Both the position numbers and the translations under genes were made by a program. The notes below the pieces were generated by a model. The model had not been told where the DNA came from, did not search any database, and was given only the letters and a program-made list of their open reading frames with translations. A stretch of 64,000 nucleotides of DNA. It comes from Eledone cirrhosa. Taxonomy: Eukaryota. Where the stretch lies: the NCBI GenBank assembly GCA_964016885.1, contig OZ024741.1, positions 269,700,001 to 269,764,000 of the forward strand, read 5' to 3'. Within the stretch, counting starts at the first letter, position 1. The number at the start of each line of letters is the position of its first letter. Shown piece after piece: positions 54,557 to 64,000 of the stretch.

Positions 54557-57500
54557 TAAATTTCTTTATTAGCCACAAGGACACAAAGAAGGGGACAAAT
54601 ACAAATGGGGAGTTTACATACAGGTATATGAAAATAAAACTATTAATACAATAACAAATAACAATTGAAATCCCCAATAGGGGGGCGGTGTTACACAGGG
54701 GTTGTACACACCCCGAAAAAATGTACAACCCTCATCTCAAGGAGCACCAAGAGTGAGTACTCCCTTCCTCTCTTCCTCTTTTCCCTCAACCTACAGGCTT
54801 ATATAGAGAGAAGGCCCAACCACTCGGGCCATCTTTGCCACATTCACCCACCTTTTATAAAATTTGCTGGGCTACAGCACCTCTCTCTCCATCCTGATTC
54901 TTCTTCCAAAATGAAATTTGAAAAAACGAAACAGTTGTTCGCCGGAGAGAAAGGTGTCTGACCTCAGCCCTTTTAACCTCGTCCACCATATACCCTCTTT
55001 CGCCATAGCCATAACACATAGGAAAACCGCCTCTCCCTCGTTTTTGAAGGAGGGTGGCGGTTTGATCATGACAATGGACTCGGTGGTCAACTGGATTGGT
55101 CCCACCCGCGACAATAGTCGTTCTACATAGCCCCACAGGTCAGTAACGCCTGGGAAGTGTACAAATGCGTGTGCGACGGTTTCCTCGTCGCGCACACATC
55201 TCGGACAGTTCTTTTTCGAAGGGTCCCTGTCCAGGCGCCCGTGTCTGTAGAGCTTGTCTCGAACTGGTAGAGCTCCTCGGTAGCACTGCCAGGCCAGGGA
55301 CTTTTGGAAGTTGTCCATTGGTCCCGGGCGGAAGGTCCTACCGAACAGACTGACCAGTTCGTCCTCCTCTACACCTAGAGTTTCTCCGAGCGTGTCGTCG
55401 CACTTGCTGCGGACCAACCCTCTATAGAATCTCGAAGTGGAGTCTCCACTGATCGCCGGGTCCGTTTCCCAGAGGACTGTGAGTGCCTGAGTACATTCGA
55501 TGTGCCAGTCGCCCATTTTCCTCGGTCTTTGCTTGACTCAGGACTGCAGCTCGGTCAGCGTGACGAGTCGTGGGAAGGCTCGCCTCACGAACGGGGCCCA
55601 CTCCGGTTGTCTGGTGAGGAACACGTGGAGGTGCCGCAGCCTGAGCGCGGGTTTGCGCATCGTCAGCCACGGCATCCCCAGCCCTCCGTTTGAAGGGTGT
55701 TGGTAGCAGATGGATCTTCTCACCAAAGGAGCCCGTTTCTTCCAAAGGAATTGGAAGAGCGCGCGCTCCATTTGGTGAGCGTTTTGGCTGGACAAGGCAC
55801 AACGGTCAAGCGGTAGTAGATGGCGGACGCTATAAAAGTGTTCGCCACCTCCGCTCGACACTTTTAAGGATAGTTTGCACTCGGCCCACTTCTGGGTGAG
55901 CACAAACACCTTGGCCATCACCTCGTTCCAGTTCCTCTCCATCTGGAGGTCAGGACCAAACCAGACCCCGAGCAGCTTTACCGGTCCTTCCGTCCAGCGT
56001 CCGACGACGTCATCGGAAGGCATTGGTTTGCCTCTCCACGTTCCGAGTTGCAAACCGACGGATTTGTCCCGGTTCAGCTTCGCTCCTCTGAACCTTTCGT
56101 ATTCCTCCAGTAAGGTGCCGAACTCCCCGATTTGCGAGCTGCTTGACACCATTACTGTTATGTCGTCGGCGTAGGCCGACGCCGCTTTTTGCAGTCCCGG
56201 TTCCAAAGGGATGTCCTGCAATAGCTCCAACTTCCGCAGTAGTTGCTCGAGAGTCTGTACGTACAGAAGGGAGGAGAGAGGGCATCCGTGTCGGATGGAT
56301 CGCGTGATATGGAACGGCTCCGAGAGGTAGCCGTTCATCTTGACTCTTGAGCAGATGTTGCTGTTGTGCATTGCAGCAATCTAGCCCCTGAACACGGGAC
56401 CGAAGCCTACCGCCTCGAGCACCGCATCCAGGTAACGATGGTCAACCCTATCGAAAGCCTTAGACTGATCCAAGTTGATCAGGGCCCCACCGAAGCCGGA
56501 TTTACACCCTACCCTCTCTATGATGTATCGCATGAGGTTGAGGTTATCGTGTATGGACCTGGTCGGGATTGCGCATGTCTGCGCTTCTCCCACCAGGTTT
56601 TCGACGACAAGCGCCAGCCTTTTTGCCAACACTTTGGCCTAAATCTGTAACTCTGTGTTGAGCAGAGTTATGGGCCGGAAGTTGCCTTTGTCATCCCCCT
56701 TGTTCTCGTCCTTCCTGACTAACGTGAATACGCCCTTGATCACAGAACTGGGAATTCTCCCGTTCTGCTGCCAGTTGCAATAGACCGCTTCCAGGAGACC
56801 GGAGAACAAGTCCGGCATTGCTACGTAAAATTCGTAGGGTAGACCGTCGAGACCTGGAGATTTGCGTTTACCGCATTGGCTCAGCGCGACCCCTATCTCA
56901 ACGGCCGAAATCGGCCTTTCGCAGAACTTCGCCTCGCTGTCCGAGAGTCGCGGTAGGCCGTCGAGGTATGAACCGAAATCCATAGCCCCTCCCGGCGCGC
57001 CGCCCTGCCCGAATAGTTGAGCAAAGTGCCGCTGAAAGGCCGCGCACATTTGCTTCGGCTCACGTATCACGCGTCCGTCTTGGTCCTTCAAAGACCGAAT
57101 CGTGGACTTGTTGCCACTTTTCGCCTCCGTCACCCGGGCCCAGCTAACAGCTTTGGCTCCCTCGTTTCCCAGAGCACGTATTTTGCTTCTGACAACGCAG
57201 CCTTCATGCTTTGCGTTGAAGGACTGGTCCAAGGCCGTTCTCGCCGCTAGCACGCTGGCTACGTTGCCACTCCTAAGTGCCTCTTCTACTTTATCTACCA
57301 GTTCCTTTTCGGTCTTGTTTCTATCTAACACTAATTCTTTACTAAAACCTATCGAGTCTAATCTAACTGCCCTCTTGAGAGAGTACCACCATATGTTGTT
57401 GACAATGGCCCCCGTCAAGTGCTGCTTAACTAAAGTGCTAATCCGTCTACTGTAGGCTTTGCATGTCGGTAACAACAAGTTCAGCTTCCAGTAGCCGGGT

Positions 57501-59790
57501 CCCTGTCTATGGGTTTTGACAAGGTTGACTAAGCAGGTCACTAATTTGTGACCTGAATAGGCAACCACGAACATTTGTTTAACATGTCCCTATCCTTCTT
57601 TCTAACTAAAACCCTATCTAGGTACGATTTAAATGTTCCGCTGAGATTAGTCCACGTCCACTGTGGTAGAGTCGGAAAATCTAGTCGATATCTATCGGCC
57701 AGGTCAAATCGGCCGATTAACTGTTTGAGGCTGTTACACCCCCTTCTATCGGGACATGCTCCCACATAGTCCCAACGTGCACCTAGGATTCCATTCCAGT
57801 CCCCCACTAACAGCAGGGAGCGGGACGTTCCCAGAAAAGTCTCTATACGTTTGAAGAAGTCTGGCCGCGGTGTCCCGGATGGGGCATATGCGGCCACCAA
57901 CCTGAAGGCTCCACCTGCACTACCGTCACCGTCTAGGACCACCAGTCGACGCTCCGGGTCTAGATGTACCGTCTGTGTTACGAGGTCCAGGTGTTTCCGC
58001 AGCAAAACGGCAACCCACCCCCACCTCCCGGCTGACAGAGAGATGCGTAGATCTCAAAGTCGTCGAAGATGGGGGCCAGTTGTCGCCCGCTGTGGATCCT
58101 GGACTCGCAAATGGCTACTACATTAATACTGTGCGACCTGAGGTCGTTTAAGAGTTTGCTCTGTTTCCAGGGCATCCCCAGGCCGCGTACATTCACACAT
58201 CCAACTCTTATATTGGCCATGTTGGTGCTGAAAAGTTAAAAGAAGAGGAAAAGAAATCACTCACCTCTTCGTCTCCTGGGGACCAGGCTGCACAATTTCC
58301 ATGGGGGTGTTGGAGGGGTTGTTTGGTGGGGTGGTTGTCTCTGGTGGGGTGGAGACGCAGATGTTTGGTGTGGAGGGGGCGTCAGGTGGGGTGGAGATGT
58401 ATGGGTGGGGGTGGGGAAATATCTCAAAAGGACGCGGTTATAGAGTTTGACGCAGGGGTTACCTACGTCGTTAGGAAATTTTTCTTTTAACTGTTTATGT
58501 GTGTCCATGGAGATCCTAATCATTTTAAGATTAAAATTCTCCGCAGAGTGTGTAAAAGTTTTCCCTTCGGTCTCCACCGAAGGGTTTTTATATATGGTGT
58601 CTGTTAAAGTTTTATTGTTAGTATTTATGTAGGTGTAACATTTTTGTTGTGTTGTGTTGCTTTTTTCTGTGGTTCTTGTGTGTGTTTACGTTTTGTAGTA
58701 GGTGTTTTGTTTTCAGGAGGGGGTGGTTTTGTTTGTGCTGTTTGCGTCGCTTGTATTGGTGTTTGTGTGTTTGTTGCATTTTTGTTTGTGTTATGTCTTT
58801 TCTTTTTTCTTTTTACTGGTCGGAAAGGCTCTCCCTCATCGTCACTGGGTGACGATGATGAGGCCTGATCCGTGTTGTTGGGGAGGGGTACATTTTGAGG
58901 AGCTGTTATGTGTGTGGGTGTTTCTGGAGTTGTTTTAGGTGGGGAGGGATTGGGTGAAACTGTGTTTGCAGTTTGGTTTGTTTTTGTGTGTTGTTGTTGT
59001 GGTGGTGGTGGTGGTGGTGGTGGTGGTGGTGGTGGTGGTTGTGTTGTGGTAGTGGTGGTGGTTGTGTTGTTGTGTTGGGTGTCGGCAGTAGTACCTTTTT
59101 TTCAATGCAGTTAATTGAGGACAGGAAGCCCTCAGGTGACCACTGCTTAAACAGTGGTAACATGAAGGCCGCCTACCCTCAACAGAAATGTTTATGTAGG
59201 AATTTCCATCCAGAGGCACACGTTGTGGTATTCTAGCTATCCGTTCTGGTCTCATTTGGACCAGAACTTCTAAGCTTGTACCGTTGAATATGCCCCTGGA
59301 GGACTTTCCTACCGAAATTACTGTGTCTTCATCAAAATTGAGGAAACCAGCTAATATCCACCAGATGTTTACATTTGGTGTGATGTTTGTTATTTTTATT
59401 TTTTGGCTCTTTTTTCCCATGTATGTGGGGGAAAAGGTGTAGAGGGGGGACACAGTTGGCGACACAGAATATTTCTGTGTCGTCAATTGGTCTTTCATTA
59501 TTATTGATAAACTCCCGAAGAGTTTTCCCTTCTGTATGAAGGCAATGTCCTTCATGGAGTTTCTTAGAGCCAATAATTTCGTTTTGAGTTAGTTGAGCTG
59601 GTTTTCTGGTAGTATTTGAGATTGTCCTAAAAACTATGGTCTTCAGGACAGTGTTTCTACGCAATTCTTGGGGAGAAGTGATGCTGAAAGCGCCATTCTC
59701 CCCCAAAGTTATATATTGCTTGGCATCTCTTAGCAATTCTCCGGCATTAGAGATATCAATCTGTGTATATAGTTCTGTATTTTGGACAGG
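54557..59790 (-). mobile_element. Tx1/L1-clade retrotransposon copy A (5'-truncated ORF1 with CCHC knuckle; ORF2 APE-RT-ZnF; frameshifted)
   Basis: CYHCLSSGHLRASC; MANIRVGCVNVRGL; LLLVGDWN; GKRKSPGLDGLP; LDQSKAFDRVDH; AYADD; CPRC..ETVAHAF. Confidence 0.93.
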
Positions 59791-59794
59791 TAGG

Positions 59795-59882
<88 letters not shown>

Positions 59883-59937
59883 GTGGCGATAGATAGATAG
59901 ACATAGAGGCTGACTGACAGACAGACAAGTAGACGGG

Positions 59938-60005
<68 letters not shown>
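59791..60005. repeat. (GATA)n tract between the two Tx1-like copies
   Basis: Directly visible. Confidence 0.95.
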
Positions 60006-60007
<2 letters not shown>

Positions 60008-63000
60008 TATTTCTTTATTAGCCACAGGGGCACAAAAGAAGGGGACAAATACAAAGGGGGAAGTTTACATACAATAATAACGTGTAAAATGTTATCACAA
60101 ATGGAATTTAAAAAGTTAGTCGATTTTCCCCAATAGAGGGAGACAGTTTATATGGGTAACACATACCCCCGAAAAAAGATGTGCAGCCCTCATCTCCAGG
60201 AGTACGAAGAGCTTGTACTCCCTTCCTCTCCTCCTTCTTTTCCTCAACCTACAGGCTGATATAGAGAGAGGGCCCATTCACTCGGGCCATTCTCGCCACT
60301 TTCACCCACCTTTCATAAAACATGTCTGCGCTTCTCCCACCAGGTTCTCGACGATAAGCGCCAGCCTCTTTGCCAACACCTTGGCCAAAATCTGTAACTC
60401 TGTGTTTAGCAGAGTTATGGGCCGGAAGTTGCCTATGTCATCCCCCTTATTCTCGTCCTTCCTGATTACTGTGACCAAGCCCCAGGTTACAGAACTGGGA
60501 ATTCTCCCGTTCTGTTGCCAGTTTCAGTAGACCGCTTCCAGGAGACCGGAGAATAAGTCCGGCATTGCTACGTAAAATTCGTAGGGTAGACCGTCGAGAC
60601 CTGGAGATTTGCGTTTGCCGCATTGGCTCAGTGCATCCCCTATCTCAGTGGCTGAAATCGGATTTTCGCAGAACTTTGCCTCGCTGTCCGAGAGTCGCGG
60701 CAGGCCGTCGAGGTATGGACCGAAATCCATAGCCTCTCCCGGCGCGCTGCTCCCCCCGAACAGCCGAGCAAAGTGCCGCTGAAAAGCCGCACACATCTGC
60801 TTCGGCTCACTATCACGCGTCCGTTTTGGTCCTTCAAAGACCGAATCGTGGACTTGTTGCCACTTTTTGCCTCCGTCACTCGGACCCAGCTAACAGATTT
60901 GGCTCCCTCGTTTCCCAGAGCACGTATTTTGCTTCTGACAACGCAGCCCTCGTGCTTTGCGTCGAAGAACTGGTCCAAGGCCGTTCTCGTTGCTAGCACG
61001 CTGGCTACGTTGCCACTTCTAATTGCCTCTTCTACTTTATCTACCAGTTCCTTCTCGGTTCTATTTCTATCTAACGCTAATTCTTTACTAAAAACTATCG
61101 AGTCTAATCTAACTGCCCTCTTGAGAGAGTACCACCATCTGTTGTTGACAATGGCCCCTGTCAAGTGCTGTTTAACTAAAGTGCTAATCCGTCTACTGTA
61201 GGCTTTGCTTGTCGGTAACGACAAGTTCAGCTTCCAGTAGCCGGGTCCTTGTCTATGGGTTCTATCAAGGTTGGCCATGCAGGTCACTAGTTTGTGATCT
61301 GAATAGGCAACCATGAAGATTTGTGGACAGCTTAACATGTCCCTATCCTTATTTCTAACTAGAACCCTATCTAGGTATGATCTAGATGTTCCGCTACGAT
61401 TACTCCACGTCCACAGTGGCGCAGTTGGAAAATCTAGTCGATATCTATCGGCCAGGTCAAATCGGTCGATTAACTGTTTGAGGCTGTTACACCCCCCTTT
61501 ATCGGGACATGCTCCCACATAGTCCCAACGTGCATCTAGGATTCCATTCCAGTCCCCCACTAAAAGCAAGGAGCAGGACGTTCCCAGAAAAGTCTCTATA
61601 CGTTTGAAGAAGTCTGGCCGCGGTGTCCCGGATGGGGCATATGCGGCCACCAACCTGAAGGCTCCACCTTCACTACCGTCAACGTCTAGGACCACCAGTC
61701 GACCCTCCGGGTCCAGATGTACCGTCTGTGTTACGAGGCCCAGGTGTTTCCGCAGCAAAACGGCAACTTCGCCCCCACCCCCCGGTTGACAGAGAGATGC
61801 GTAGATCTCAAAGTCATCGAAGATGGGGGCCAGCTGTCGCTCGCCGTGGATCCTGGACTCGCAAATGGCTACCACATCCATACTGTGCGACCTGAGGTCG
61901 TTTAAGAGTTTGCTCTGTTTCCAGGGCATCCCCAGGCCGCGTACGTTCACACATCCAACTCTTATATTGGCCATGTTGGTGCTGAAAAGTTAAAAGAGGA
62001 AAAGAGATCACTCCCCCTTCGCCTCCTGGTGACCAGGCCGCGCGATTTCCATGGGGGTGTTGGAGGGGTTGTCTGGATGGGTGGTGATTTCCGGCGGGGT
62101 GGGGACGCAGATGTTTGGTGGGGTGGGGTCTGGTGGGATGGGGGTGTCTGGGGTGGGGAGGCATTTGAGAAGGACGCGGTTGAGTGGTTTCATGCAGGAA
62201 TTACCCACATCCTTCTCAAATGTTTCTTTTAGGGACCTATAAGTTTGTATAGGGACCCTAATCAGTTTTAGGTTCAGTTTTTTGCTATTTTTAATAGAGT
62301 GGGCGAAAGTTTTCCCTTCGGTGAAAACCGAAGGGTCCTTCGTGATGGTTTCCATTGGTGTTTTGTTTTCAGTGTTTATGTAAGTGTAAGTGTAATTTTC
62401 TTGTGTTGTGTTTGTTTTTGTCTGTAGTTCTTGAGTGTGCTTTCGTTTTGTTGTAGGTATTTTGTTTTCAGGAGGTGGACGTTTTGTTTGTGATAATTTT
62501 GTTGTTTGTGTTGGTGGTTGTATGTTTGTGGTAGTGTTTGCTGGTTTTTTGCTTTTGTGATGTCTTTTCTTTCTTTTCGAGCGATGGGGTTCTCCCTCGT
62601 CTTCACTGGGTGATGGCGAGATAGCCTCATCTGTTGTATCGTCTGTGTGATTGGGGAGGGGTATGTCTTGGGGAGCTGTTGTGTCTGTATGTGATTTTGC
62701 AGTGGTTTTAGGTGGAGTGGGGTTGGGTGGGACTGTGTTTGTTGTGGTTATTTTTGTGTGTTGGTGTTGTTGTTGTTGTGGTGGTGGTGGTGGTGGTTGT
62801 GTTGTTTTGATGGGTGTCGGCAGAAGAGCCTTTTTTGGTTCATTAATTTAGGACAGGAAGCCCTCAGGTGACCCCTGCTAAAGCAATGGTAACATGAAGG
62901 CCGCCTACCCTCAACCGAAAAGTTTATGTAGGTGAGTCCGTCCAGGAGTACACGCTGTGGGATCATAGCTATTCGCTCTGGGCTCATTTGCACCAGAACT

Positions 63001-63990
63001 TCAATGCTAGTCCCATTGAATACATCTCTGGGGGACTTTCCTACTGACAGTATTCTGTCTTCATCAAAATTGATGAAGCCGCACAGTATCCACCATATGT
63101 TCACCTTTGGTGTGACACTCGTTATTCTGATCGTTTGTGTCCTTTTTCCCATGTATGTAGGGAAAAAGGTGTACAGGTTGGATACAATTGGCGACACAGA
63201 GTAATTTTGGGCCGTCATTTGATCCTTCATGAGTACCGAAATACTCCCAAAAAGTTTGCTTCTTTGAATGAATGCAATATCATTCATTGAATTTTGAAAA
63301 CCAATTCAATTTCTTTCTGTGACAATTGGACTGGTTTTCAGGTAGAATTGGAAACTGTCCTAAAAACTATCGTTTTGAGAGCAGTTTCCTTGCGAATTTC
63401 TACCGGAGAATTGATGCTGAAAGCACCATTTTTTTCGAAAGTGACATATCTCTTAGCGTCCTTTAAAAGTTGTTCAGCATTTGTTATGTCGAGATATATC
63501 AATTCTTCCTTCTTTTGAACTTTCTCTGCAAGGAAATTTTTGGTTTCTTTGTGGAATCCGTATTGGTGGTGTTGTCATTATTGTTGTTATTGTTGTTGTT
63601 ATTCTTGTTGTCACCGATGTTGGTATCATCCGTATTTTCCTTGGTGTTGTTGTTGTCTTTGATGCTGGTGTTATTGGTGTTGTCTTTATTTTTTTCTTTG
63701 TTGTTGTTATCATTGTTGCTTTTATCATCATTATTGGTTTTGCTGTTATTTTTGTTGTCATTGAACTGTTTGGTGTCATTTGTGTTGTTTGGATATGAAT
63801 TGGTTTTTAATTTTCATTTTGTCTTTCCATCTCTATAGTATCTAGTGAAGAAAACGTTGTTGACTGCGAGCTTTGTAGTCTTACCACCTCTCCACCACCA
63901 TTATCGTTGGACGCAGCGCAGCGTTCATAACGTAATCAAAATTTTACAATATTTTTTCCAAGATTCGATGGAGAAAAATTTTTTAAATGG
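60006..63990 (-). mobile_element. Tx1/L1-clade retrotransposon copy B (ORF1, APE and start of RT; internal deletion of most of RT)
   Basis: 444-aa APE ORF 60640-61974; CYHCFSRGHLRASC; junction at about 60320 joins early RT to the 3' end. Confidence 0.93.
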
Positions 63991-64000
63991 ATATTCCGCC

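Overview
This is AT-rich, repeat-dominated eukaryotic DNA. The SINE and microsatellite landscape looks cephalopod (Octopus-like); that assignment is an inference. The only credible host gene is an intronless biogenic-amine GPCR resembling alpha-type octopamine receptors (4451-6661, minus), with a probable 5'UTR splice acceptor at about 7690. The rest is microsatellites (the source of most ORF-track entries), about 20 tRNA-derived SINE copies, RTE, CR1, R4/Dong and CRE-like LINE fragments, two tandem Tx1/L1-like elements at (GATA)n, Tc1/mariner-type MITEs and three Penelope-like (Naiad-type) elements. The main hidden signal is a dense population of minimal type I hammerhead-ribozyme motifs found by eye: about 20 with a recognisable core plus several half-motifs, in at least 8 distinct short element families that mostly sit in (AT)n tracts. 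They show stem covariation, compensatory U3-A8 core variants and fold-back inversions whose apex falls in or beside the ribozyme. One 429-bp unit is present as about 1.4 tandem copies and reads like a reverse-transcribed circular or multimeric retrozyme RNA. Coordinates were counted manually and are approximate; no searches or folding programs were run.
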